Assembly: GCA_015488375.1 (NCBI GenBank)
Contig: WFNX01000079.1
Coordinates: 1-58,113, forward strand
Length of the DNA: 58,113 bases
Reading direction: 5' to 3'
Source: Mariprofundaceae bacterium
GTDB lineage: Bacteria > Pseudomonadota > Zetaproteobacteria > Mariprofundales > Mariprofundaceae
The notes beneath the pieces are model-generated. The model was not told the origin of the DNA and searched no databases. It worked only from the letters and a program-made list of their open reading frames with translations. Every line of letters begins with the position of its first letter. Position 1 is the stretch's first letter. Made by a program: the position numbers and the translations under genes. Positions 48,229 through 56,916 of the stretch are shown one piece after another.

Positions 48229-50229
48229 CTACAGCAATGGCGCAATCACCAGCGAAACAATCGCCATGACATTGATCAGAATATTCATCGACGGGCCGGA
48301 AGTGTCCTTGAACGGATCACCCACCGTATCCCCCACCACGGCAGCCTTGTGCACTTCCGAGCCCTTGCCGCCCAGATTGCCCTGTTCGATATATTTCTTG
48401 GCATTATCCCAGGCACCGCCCGCATTGGCCATCATCAGCGCCAGCAATACACAGCATACCAGCGCGCCGGCCAGCATGCCCCCCAGCGAAGCCGCGCCCA
48501 GAGAGAAGCCGACGACGACCGGTGCGGCCACGGCCAGCACTCCCGGCAGTACCATTTTCTTCAGTGCCGCCGTCGTGGCAATATCCACACAACGTGCATG
48601 ATCAGGCTTTGCCGTACCTTCCATCAAACCGGGAATTTCATGAAACTGGCGGCGGATTTCCTTAATCATGGCAAATGCCGCATCCCCCACAGCCGTCATG
48701 GTCAACGAGGCGACCAGAAACGGAAAAATCCCGCCGATGAACAGTCCAATCAATACCAGCGGCTCATTCAGGTTCAGGGAAAACTCCGGATGATGCAGGG
48801 AGATGGTTTCGACAAAGGCCGCAATAATGGCCAGCGCTGCCAGCGCCGCCGCACCAATGGCAAAGCCCTTGCCAATGGCTGCCGTTGTATTGCCCAGTTC
48901 ATCCAGTGAATCCGTGATTTTTCTGGTTTCTGCCCCCATGCCCGCCATTTCGGCAATGCCGCCGGCATTATCCGCAACCGGCCCGTAAGCATCGATGGCC
49001 ATGGTAATGCCTACCGTCGCCAGCATGCCTACGGCGGCAATGCCCACGCCATAGATGCCGGCCAGCGTTGTCGATACAAAAATAATCATGGCGACAGTCA
49101 ATACCGGCACCACGACCGACTGCATACCCACAGCCAGTCCCGAAATCATCACCGTTGCAGGCCCGGTTTCACCGGCAGCGGCGATATCGCGTACAGGCTT
49201 GCCGCCAGTATAATATTCCGTAATCACGCCGATAATAATACCACCGATGGCACCGGCCACGATGGCACCCCAGACTGAGCTTGCCACCCCGACCATGCCA
49301 ACCAGGAAAAAACCCAGCACGATAAACAAAACCGATGCGCCAATGGTGCCGATGCGCAACGCCAGTTCGGGCTGCTGAGAGGATGAAAGCCTGACCAGCC
49401 CGATACCCAGCATGGAACAGATCAGCCCCAGTGAGGCCAGTGCCAGTGGCAAAAACATCAATGTCTGGCGCTGCCCCAACGGATCGAGCACATCAGCCGC
49501 CATCGTTGAAGCCATGGCAATGGTGGCAATCATGGCACCACAATACGACTCAAAAATATCCGAGCCCATCCCCGCCACATCACCGACATTATCGCCGACA
49601 TTATCAGCAATAACACCGGGGTTACGCGGATCATCTTCCGGAATCCCGGCTTCCACCTTGCCTACCAGATCGGCGCCGACATCGGCACTCTTGGTGAAAA
49701 TACCACCGCCGACACGGGAAAACAGTGCCACGGATGATGCTCCCATGCCAAAGCCATGAATGGCATGAGCCGTTTCCGGATCGCCACCGAAAAACAGGTA
49801 CAGGGTTCCCAGCCCCAGCAAGCCAAGGGAGGCTACCGTAAGCCCCATGATCGAACCGCCATAAAAGGAAATGGTCAGTGCCGAGGCCGCGCCTTCATTC
49901 CGGGCTGCCGTTGCCGTCCGCACATTGGCCTTGGTGGCTGCAAACATGCCACAATAACCGGCCAGCGCCGAGGAAAACGCCCCGACCAGAAATGAAATCG
50001 TGGTATGCAGGCCAAGACTCAGGGACAGCAATACCGCCACCACCAGGACAAAAACGGCCAGAATCGAATACTCCCGTTTAAGAAATACCATTGCCCCCAG
50101 ATGAATGGCCTGTCCGATCTCCGCCACACGCCCGCTCCCTTCCGGATAGCGCAGGACAATGCGGTACAGTAACCATGCACCAACAAGCCCTGTAATCCCC
50201 AACAGTACCGGTATCGCCGTATGCGTCAT
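48229..50229 (-). CDS. hppA: Membrane-bound proton/sodium-translocating pyrophosphatase, probably the K+-dependent subfamily
   Basis: About 16 TM helices with [12 protein letters not shown] and [13 protein letters not shown] motifs. The motif reads GNTTAA rather than GNTTKA; Ala at this position is the published marker of the K+-dependent class. Confidence 0.95.
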   Translation of the reverse strand: MTHTAIPVLLGITGLVGAWLLYRIVLRYPEGSGRVAEIGQAIHLGAMVFLKREYSILAVFVLVVAVLLSLSLGLHTTISFLVGAFSSALAGYCGMFAATKANVRTATAARNEGAASALTISFYGGSIMGLTVASLGLLGLGTLYLFFGGDPETAHAIHGFGMGASSVALFSRVGGGIFTKSADVGADLVGKVEAGIPEDDPRNPGVIADNVGDNVGDVAGMGSDIFESYCGAMIATIAMASTMAADVLDPLGQRQTLMFLPLALASLGLICSMLGIGLVRLSSSQQPELALRIGTIGASVLFIVLGFFLVGMVGVASSVWGAIVAGAIGGIIIGVITEYYTGGKPVRDIAAAGETGPATVMISGLAVGMQSVVVPVLTVAMIIFVSTTLAGIYGVGIAAVGMLATVGITMAIDAYGPVADNAGGIAEMAGMGAETRKITDSLDELGNTTAAIGKGFAIGAAALAALAIIAAFVETISLHHPEFSLNLNEPLVLIGLFIGGIFPFLVASLTMTAVGDAAFAMIKEIRRQFHEIPGLMEGTAKPDHARCVDIATTAALKKMVLPGVLAVAAPVVVGFSLGAASLGGMLAGALVCCVLLALMMANAGGAWDNAKKYIEQGNLGGKGSEVHKAAVVGDTVGDPFKDTSGPSMNILINVMAIVSLVIAPLL

Positions 50230-50255
50230 AACCCCTCCCTCTGTCTCTGACGATC

Positions 50256-50286
50256 AAAAAAGGCGGACACCATGTAGTGCCCGCCT
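50256..50286 (-). terminator. Rho-independent terminator between ppa and hppA
   Basis: Stem AGGCGG.CAC / GTG.CCGCCT, followed on the minus strand by TTTTTTGATC. Its T-tract ends only about 26 nt before the hppA ATG. Confidence 0.7.
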
Positions 50287-50296
50287 GTTTGAGATT

Positions 50297-50827
50297 TCAG
50301 TTGCCCTGAAAGCGGGCAATGGAATCGGCAATCTCCTGTTTGGCCGTGGCTGCATTCCGCCAGCCAACGACCTTCACCCATTTACCGGATTCCAGATCCT
50401 TGTAATGCTGAAAAAAGTGCTGAATCTGATCGAGCAGGAAACGCGGCATATCCTCAGGCCCCTGCACATGATCATAGACCGGCTTGAGCTTGGAAACAGG
50501 AACCGCCAGCACCTTGGCGTCCAGTCCTTTCTCGTCTTCCATCAGCAACACACCCACCGGACGGCAATTGATCACGCAACCAGTAATCAGGGAAAACGTG
50601 GATACCACCAGCGCATCCACGGGGTCTCCGTCTTCGGACAGGGTATTCGGTACAAAGCCGTAATTGCTCGGATAGTGCATGGCTGTATGCATAAAGCGAT
50701 CAACGAAAAAGGCTCGTGAGTCCTTGTCCAGCTCATACTTGACCGGATCCGCATGCTGCGGCACCTCGATAATTACATTAATATCTTCCGGCGGGTTATT
50801 GCCGGGTGGGATTTTATCAATATCCAT
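50297..50827 (-). CDS. ppa: Soluble inorganic pyrophosphatase (family I)
   Basis: 176 aa with YPSNYGFVPNTLSEDGDPVDALV and the DEKGLDAKVLAV signature. Confidence 0.96.
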   Translation of the reverse strand: MDIDKIPPGNNPPEDINVIIEVPQHADPVKYELDKDSRAFFVDRFMHTAMHYPSNYGFVPNTLSEDGDPVDALVVSTFSLITGCVINCRPVGVLLMEDEKGLDAKVLAVPVSKLKPVYDHVQGPEDMPRFLLDQIQHFFQHYKDLESGKWVKVVGWRNAATAKQEIADSIARFQGN

Positions 50828-50996
50828 ATCTACTCCTCGGGTTTATTCCCAATAAAACGATTCAGCGGCCATTGTAGGCAATCAGGGGTACGGCACAAGC
50901 CGGCGTTCGACAATGCTTTCAAAACCGAATAACCGGAAGCTTTTATTTCGCATCAGGCATGGCCTTCCCTCCATATGCAGGCTAGCTTTACCTCAC

Positions 50997-51461
50997 ATGA
51001 TTATCGTATCGATTCGTGAACAGATGCTCATCCATCGTCGGCGCAGTGGCGTGCGCTATGCCTATCCGGTATCCACGGCACGTGCCGGCATCGGCAATCT
51101 GCGTAACAGTTTCCGCACACCGACCGGCCGTCATCGTATCCATGCCAAAATCGGCGCGGGCATGCCTGTTCGCACCGTATTCCGCGCCCGCCAGCCGATA
51201 GGATTATATGAAGACCTGCAGGACGGGCAGGCACACGACTGGATTCTGACACGTATTCTCTGGCTGACCGGCTGCCAGACCGGCATCAATCGGCGTGGTG
51301 TTCATGATACGCGCAGTCGCTATATCTATATCCACGGCACTGACGAGGAAACATGCATCGGCACCCCCGCCTCACACGGCTGCATACGCATGCGCAATGA
51401 AGATATTGTGGAATTATTCGAGCACTGCCGCGTCGGAGAATCAGTGCTTATTCGTCCCTGA
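50997..51461 (+). CDS. L,D-transpeptidase (YkuD) domain protein
   Basis: The catalytic block IHGTDEETCIGTPASHGCIRMRNEDI. The start is uncertain (ATG at 50997, with no SD, versus the track start at 50913), and no obvious signal peptide is present. Confidence 0.75.
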   Translation: MIIVSIREQMLIHRRRSGVRYAYPVSTARAGIGNLRNSFRTPTGRHRIHAKIGAGMPVRTVFRARQPIGLYEDLQDGQAHDWILTRILWLTGCQTGINRRGVHDTRSRYIYIHGTDEETCIGTPASHGCIRMRNEDIVELFEHCRVGESVLIRP

Positions 51462-52155
51462 GCATATAATGCCGGCTCAGGCCCACCACGGCGGCAGGCA
51501 GGACCAGCAAATTCAGTACTGGCACCATCAACATCAGGGCGGCAATGCCGCAAAAGCCGATATAAAACCAGCGGTGCTGTTGCAATTCCTGTTTGCGCTG
51601 TTCCCAGCCCCAGCCACGTCGCGATGCCGGCGCATCCATGATTTCAAAGCCGAGCAGACGCAGTCCCGCATAAGCCCACAGGGCACTGGCCAATGCCGTT
51701 CCGATTACGGGAATCAGCAACAGCAGCAACGAACCCAGCGCATAAGGCAGAAACTGCAATAACGGCATCACGATATTGCCCAGACTTCGCGCAGCCTGCT
51801 GCCACCATGCCCCTGCCTCCCCTGTTTCCGCGCGACCATCCGTGCGTGCACTGAGTGTATCCAGCCAGCCGGCAGCAATGACCGAGGCCAGCGTCATATA
51901 ACTGAGCGCGCCGACAACAAGGGCCATCAGGGTGGAAAACAGCCAGACCAGCCACTCCAGTACACTGACATACCAGGCATCCCCGGCCGGAATAAACTGT
52001 TCCATCAACGTTGAGGATAGCCAGAACGAGCCGGCGGAAAGCAGCAGCATCAACAGCAGCAGCACGCCGATCATTTGCCACAGCACGCTGCGCAGATGCG
52101 CTTCGGCCAGCAGCATTTTCAAACCACCGATATAGGCCAGCATTCCCTGAAACAT
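51448..52155 (-). CDS. CysZ/EI24-family membrane protein
   Basis: The TM pattern and the blocks IPVIGTALASALW, DAP..RRGW and MVPVLNLLVLPAAVVG resemble the remembered E. coli CysZ (IPGIGQ..., MIPLLNLFIMPVAV). Confidence 0.6.
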   Translation of the reverse strand: MFQGMLAYIGGLKMLLAEAHLRSVLWQMIGVLLLLMLLLSAGSFWLSSTLMEQFIPAGDAWYVSVLEWLVWLFSTLMALVVGALSYMTLASVIAAGWLDTLSARTDGRAETGEAGAWWQQAARSLGNIVMPLLQFLPYALGSLLLLLIPVIGTALASALWAYAGLRLLGFEIMDAPASRRGWGWEQRKQELQQHRWFYIGFCGIAALMLMVPVLNLLVLPAAVVGLSRHYMLRDE

Positions 52156-52167
52156 ATGCCTTACCCC

Positions 52168-52374
52168 TTATCTTCCCTGCAGATCGGCAATCACCCGCTC
52201 CGCCGCCGCAACATCGCTCTCATCAACCAGCAGGCGCGGCGCAAACATGTCACCAACCGGAATCAATGCATTGACGGCCTCGCCCTCAAGCCTGAAGGCA
52301 ATATGCCGCACCTCCAGCTCGGCGCATACCAGCCGCAACAGCAGCACATCCTCGCAGCACAGCACTTCCTTCAT
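52168..52374 (-). CDS. Small DUF2007-like (putative signal-transducing, PII-like fold) protein
   Basis: 68 aa. The pattern of a short beta-alpha-beta with a C-terminal VDESDVAAAERVIADL resembles DUF2007. It lies 12 nt upstream of the CysZ-like gene. Confidence 0.5.
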   Translation of the reverse strand: MKEVLCCEDVLLLRLVCAELEVRHIAFRLEGEAVNALIPVGDMFAPRLLVDESDVAAAERVIADLQGR

Positions 52375-52411
52375 CTGCGTACACTATCCCGGATATTTGA
52401 CGAAATCAGCA

Positions 52412-52445
52412 GTGACCTGCACTTGTGACCTGCACTTGACTGCAC
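52412..52445. repeat. Tandem 13-bp direct repeat GTGACCTGCACTT x2 plus a partial third copy (GACTGCAC)
   Basis: Read directly. It lies in the 80-nt divergent region between the DUF2007 gene and tldD and ends 9 nt before the tldD ATG. Confidence 0.9.
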
Positions 52446-52454
52446 AGACACAAC

Positions 52455-53897
52455 ATGAAGATTGCGCGCATGTCCGAATCATATCTTCCCGCTGAAATAC
52501 CCGTCGATATCGATTTTCTGCAACAGATGCTGAACCATATGTTGCCGGCCCGGGCCGATGATGGCGACCTTTATCTGGAACGCCATATCGCCGAATCCCT
52601 CGCACTGGAGGAAGGACGCGTCAAACACATCTCCGCCAGTACCCGGCAGGGACTGGGGGCTCGTATCATTCAGGGCGAGGCCAGCGGCCATGCCTGCACC
52701 GATCAGCTTGATCCCGCAGCATTGCAGGATACTGCGGCCGCAGCCAGGGCCATCATCACCTCCGGCGGAGCGCATGCTCCGGTCCGTATCCGCCCTGCCG
52801 ATTCACCCCGTCAGCTCTATACCCGGGAAATACCGGCTGCCGGCGTCGATCTGCAACAACGCAAGCAATTGCTTGCGGAACTCGATGCACTGGCCAGAAG
52901 CATGGATTCGCGTGTAAGCCAGGTCTTTGCCAATATCGCCTACTCCTGGTCCGATATTCATATCATCCGTCACGATGGCTGTCATCTGCATGACCGGCGG
53001 CCTCTGGTTCGACTGAATGTATCTGTAGTCGTCGAACAAAACGGACGGCGGGAAACCGGCAGCAGTGGCGGCGGCGGCCGTTTCACACTGCAGGAACTCA
53101 TTGATTCGGAACAGGCCGAACATTTTGTACGCGAAGCGGTGCGCATGGCCCTGCTGAATCTGGATGCGCAGGCTGCACCGGCCGGCCCCATGCCCGTAGT
53201 GCTCGGGCCCGGCTGGCCGGGCATTCTGCTGCATGAAGCCATCGGGCACGGACTGGAAGGCGACTTCAATCGCAAGGGCACCTCCATTTTTTCCGGCAGG
53301 ATGGGACAACGCGTGGCCGCTCCCGGCGTCACTGTCATTGATGACGGAACCATTGCGCAACGGCGCGGCTCGCTGAATTTCGATGATGAAGGTACCGGCA
53401 GCCAGCGCACGGTGCTGATCGAGGACGGCATCCTTACAGGCTATCTGCTGGATCGTCAGAACGCCCGGCTGATGGGCTTGCAATCGACCGGCAACGGACG
53501 TCGGGAATCCTATGCACATCCGGTACTACCGCGCATGACCAACACGTTCATGCTGGGAGGCCGGGAACAACCCGAAACCATCCTCAACAGCCTGGAAAAA
53601 GGTATCTATGCCGTCAATTTCGGTGGCGGACAGGTGGATATTACTTCAGGCAAGTTTGTCTTCACCACGTCTGAGGCCTATTACGTGGAAAATGGCGTGA
53701 TTCAATACCCGGTCAAGGGGGCCACACTGATCGGTTCGGGCCATGAAGTGCTGCAGAAAATTTCCATGATCGGTAATGATCTTGCCCTTGATTCCGGCGT
53801 CGGCACCTGCGGCAAGGCAGGACAAAGCGTACCGGTTGGCGTCGGCCTGCCAACGATTCGCATCGACGAACTGGTTGTCGGAGGAACACAGGTTTAG
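52455..53897 (+). CDS. tldD: Metalloprotease TldD
   Basis: DDGDLYLER..., the HEAIGHGLEGD zinc motif and 480 aa length. No SD precedes the ATG; the ATG at 52470 is an alternative. Confidence 0.92.
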   Translation: MKIARMSESYLPAEIPVDIDFLQQMLNHMLPARADDGDLYLERHIAESLALEEGRVKHISASTRQGLGARIIQGEASGHACTDQLDPAALQDTAAAARAIITSGGAHAPVRIRPADSPRQLYTREIPAAGVDLQQRKQLLAELDALARSMDSRVSQVFANIAYSWSDIHIIRHDGCHLHDRRPLVRLNVSVVVEQNGRRETGSSGGGGRFTLQELIDSEQAEHFVREAVRMALLNLDAQAAPAGPMPVVLGPGWPGILLHEAIGHGLEGDFNRKGTSIFSGRMGQRVAAPGVTVIDDGTIAQRRGSLNFDDEGTGSQRTVLIEDGILTGYLLDRQNARLMGLQSTGNGRRESYAHPVLPRMTNTFMLGGREQPETILNSLEKGIYAVNFGGGQVDITSGKFVFTTSEAYYVENGVIQYPVKGATLIGSGHEVLQKISMIGNDLALDSGVGTCGKAGQSVPVGVGLPTIRIDELVVGGTQV

Positions 53898-53899
53898 TT

Positions 53900-55282
53900 A
53901 TGAACATGAATACACCGGACATTCAGGCTCAACAGGCGGTCGAATATGCATGCGAACTGGGCGCGGCATCCGCCGATGCCGTGGCCATCTGCACGGCGGA
54001 TACTTCCGTAGCGGTTCGCCAGGGGAAAGTAGAATCCATTGAACGCGATCAGGGCAACGGCATCGGCCTGCGCGTGTTTATCGACACGCCCAAAGGCCCC
54101 GCCTTCGCCACCGCCTCGACCTCGGACCTGTCTGCCGCAGGCATTCGCGCCCTGGCCGAGCAAACCCTGGCCATGGCGCGTATTTCCGAAGCCGATCCCG
54201 ATGCCGTGCCCCCGCTGGGCGCCGATCATCCCGATGCACAGGCATTGCAGCAATGGAATGAGCAGCATGCCACTGAACGCGAACCATGGCAGCTGGACAA
54301 GGCCCGCAATGCCGCGCTGGAATGCGAAGCCATTGCCCGCCAATACGATCCGCGCATCACAAATTCCGAGGGTGCCGATGCCGGCTTCGGGGTTTCCGAT
54401 GTGGCCTATGCCTCTTCCGATGGCTTTGCCGCTGCCTACAGCAAGTCGTCGGCTTCATTAAGCATTTCGGTTATCGCCGGCAGCGGCGATGATATGCAGC
54501 GTGATTATGCCTGGCACAGGGCAAGCGGGCATGAAGCCCTGCGCACGGCGGCAGAACTCGGCCGGGAAGCGGCCGGTCGTGCCGTGCGAAAACTTGGTGC
54601 CGGTGATATGCCGAGTGCGGCCATGCCGATCATCTTTGAACCGCGTGTGGCCACATCACTGCTCGGCCACCTGAAATCGGCCATTAACGGTCGCGCCGTT
54701 TTGCAGCAGCGCTCCTTTCTGGCGCAATCACTGCATGAACGGATTTTCCCGGCCGGCTTTGACGTTGTCGATAACCCTGACCATATCCAGGGCCTGGGCA
54801 ATCGCCTGTTTGACGGAGAAGGCACGCGCTGTCAGCGCTGCCGGCTGGTCGAGGATGGCGTGTTGCAAATGTTTCTTGCCGATCGCTATGCGGCCCGACG
54901 CCTGGGGTTACCCGCCCGGGGCCATGCACAACGCGGACTGACCGGTGATATATCCATCGGCACATCCAACCTGATCTGTGCATCAGGGCATATGACACAA
55001 CAGGAAATTCTGGCCGAAATCGGCAATGGCCTGCTGGTGACCGAACTGATCGGCTTTGGCGTCAACGGCGTTACCGGCGATTATTCGCGTGGCGCCGCCG
55101 GCCTGCTGATTGAGAACGGCGAAATATCACGCCCGGTACAGGGCATTACCATTGCTGGTCAGTTGCCGAAGATGTTTGCTAGCATCACGCATCTTGGCAG
55201 TGATCTGACATGGTTCGGCAATATCGCCGCCCCGACCATCGCAATCGAAGGCATGACCATTGCCGGCAACAACCAGGAGTAA
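53900..55282 (+). CDS. pmbA: Metalloprotease PmbA (TldE)
   Basis: A TldD/PmbA-family fold lacking the HExxxH motif; 460 aa. It begins 2 nt after the tldD stop. Confidence 0.9.
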   Translation: MNMNTPDIQAQQAVEYACELGAASADAVAICTADTSVAVRQGKVESIERDQGNGIGLRVFIDTPKGPAFATASTSDLSAAGIRALAEQTLAMARISEADPDAVPPLGADHPDAQALQQWNEQHATEREPWQLDKARNAALECEAIARQYDPRITNSEGADAGFGVSDVAYASSDGFAAAYSKSSASLSISVIAGSGDDMQRDYAWHRASGHEALRTAAELGREAAGRAVRKLGAGDMPSAAMPIIFEPRVATSLLGHLKSAINGRAVLQQRSFLAQSLHERIFPAGFDVVDNPDHIQGLGNRLFDGEGTRCQRCRLVEDGVLQMFLADRYAARRLGLPARGHAQRGLTGDISIGTSNLICASGHMTQQEILAEIGNGLLVTELIGFGVNGVTGDYSRGAAGLLIENGEISRPVQGITIAGQLPKMFASITHLGSDLTWFGNIAAPTIAIEGMTIAGNNQE

Positions 55283-55285
55283 ACA

Positions 55286-56269
55286 ATGACATACGATGTA
55301 TACGGCGTGGGCAATGCCATCATGGATCTGCAGGTACGGTGCGATGATGCCTTCCTGAGCGCCAACGGCATTGACAAGGGAATCATGACGCTCACCGACC
55401 CGGAGCGGCAGCAGGCCATCCTGCATGCGCTTGCCGGACATCAGATTCACTACTGTTCGGGAGGCTCCGCGGCCAATACCATCGTCGGCATTGCCGACCT
55501 TGGCGGCAAAACGGCCTATGCGGGAAAAACCGGACGGGATGATTTCGGCCGTCGTTATCTTGATGAAATGCGCAAGCTTGATATCGCCATTGAGGTCGCC
55601 GCCGATGATGGTGATACAGGCACCTGTGTCGTCCTGATCACGCCTGATGCACAGCGCACGATGCTCACCCATCTCGGCATTTCCGCCACCCTGAGCGAAG
55701 CCGACATACGCGAAGAAGATATCGCCCGTTCACAATACGTCTATGTCGAGGGGTATCTGTTTGCCGGGGACAGCACCAAAGCCGCCGCCCTGAAAGCCAT
55801 CGAACTGGCCAGAAAAAACGGAGTGAAGATTGCCCTGACGATTTCCGATCCGTTTCTTGTCGATCTGTGCCGGGACAGCTTTATGGAACTGATCGAGGGC
55901 CCGGTCAATCTGCTGTTCTGCAACGAACAGGAAGCTCAGGCGCTGACCGGCTGTGCCGATCCGATTGATTGCGCCCATGCCATCCACCGGCACTGCGACA
56001 ATGTTGCCCTGACGCTGGGCAAAAACGGCTCCATTATTATGCATAAGGGCGAGGCCTTCCCCGTTGAGGGCGTCAGTGTCGATGCCATTGATACGACAGG
56101 AGCCGGCGATATGTATGCCGCCGGCGTCCTCTACGGTATTACCCATGGACTGGGCTGGCAGAAAGCCGGCCATCTGGGCAGCCATGCCGCAGCCCAGATC
56201 GTTTCCCGGCTGGGTGCCCGCCTGCCGCGCCGCTATACGCATGATGAAATCAAGGCCCTGCTGGATTGA
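55286..56269 (+). CDS. PfkB-family carbohydrate/nucleoside kinase (adenosine-kinase-like)
   Basis: GGSAANT near the N-terminus and the [12 protein letters not shown] PfkB signature 2. Confidence 0.87.
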   Translation: MTYDVYGVGNAIMDLQVRCDDAFLSANGIDKGIMTLTDPERQQAILHALAGHQIHYCSGGSAANTIVGIADLGGKTAYAGKTGRDDFGRRYLDEMRKLDIAIEVAADDGDTGTCVVLITPDAQRTMLTHLGISATLSEADIREEDIARSQYVYVEGYLFAGDSTKAAALKAIELARKNGVKIALTISDPFLVDLCRDSFMELIEGPVNLLFCNEQEAQALTGCADPIDCAHAIHRHCDNVALTLGKNGSIIMHKGEAFPVEGVSVDAIDTTGAGDMYAAGVLYGITHGLGWQKAGHLGSHAAAQIVSRLGARLPRRYTHDEIKALLD

Positions 56270-56272
56270 ACG

Positions 56273-56911
56273 ATGTCCACAACCATCCGTGAAATTCTGA
56301 AGTTCAACCAGGAATGGTCAGCGCAAATACAGCGGGAACAGCCTGATTTTTTCGAACGCCTGGCCAAAAAGCAGAAACCGGAACTGCTGTGGTTCGGTTG
56401 TTCGGATTCACGCGTCGGCCCCGATCAGTTAACCGGCCTGCCGCATGGCTCCATTTTTGTTCACCGCAATATCGGCAATATCTTCGCTACCAATGACCTG
56501 AACAGTCTGGCCGTGCTGGAATATGCCGTGGATGAACTGAAAGTTCCGAATATCGTTGTCTGCGGTCATTATGGTTGCGGCGGCGTCCATGCCGCACTGG
56601 AACACAGCGGCATTCAACCGGTTGATTTATGGCTGGATCAGATTCGTTTTATTTACAACCGTCATGCCGACAAACTGGAGCATCTTTCCAAGGACGAGCA
56701 ATGGAAACGACTGACCGAGTATAATGTCATCGCCCAGGTTCATAATATCTGCCGCAGTACGATTGTGCGTGAGGCATGGAAACGCGGGCAGACCCTTGCC
56801 GTCCACGGCGTCATTTATGATATTCACGACGGTTTGCTCAAACCACTGGGTATCGAATTCCGTTCATTTGATGACTGGAAGGAAGATCGTCTGTCCAGCC
56901 ATTTCAGCTGA
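56273..56911 (+). CDS. can: Beta-class carbonic anhydrase
   Basis: CSDSRV and GHYGCGG zinc-ligand motifs. Confidence 0.93.
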   Translation: MSTTIREILKFNQEWSAQIQREQPDFFERLAKKQKPELLWFGCSDSRVGPDQLTGLPHGSIFVHRNIGNIFATNDLNSLAVLEYAVDELKVPNIVVCGHYGCGGVHAALEHSGIQPVDLWLDQIRFIYNRHADKLEHLSKDEQWKRLTEYNVIAQVHNICRSTIVREAWKRGQTLAVHGVIYDIHDGLLKPLGIEFRSFDDWKEDRLSSHFS

Positions 56912-56916
56912 CGCGC

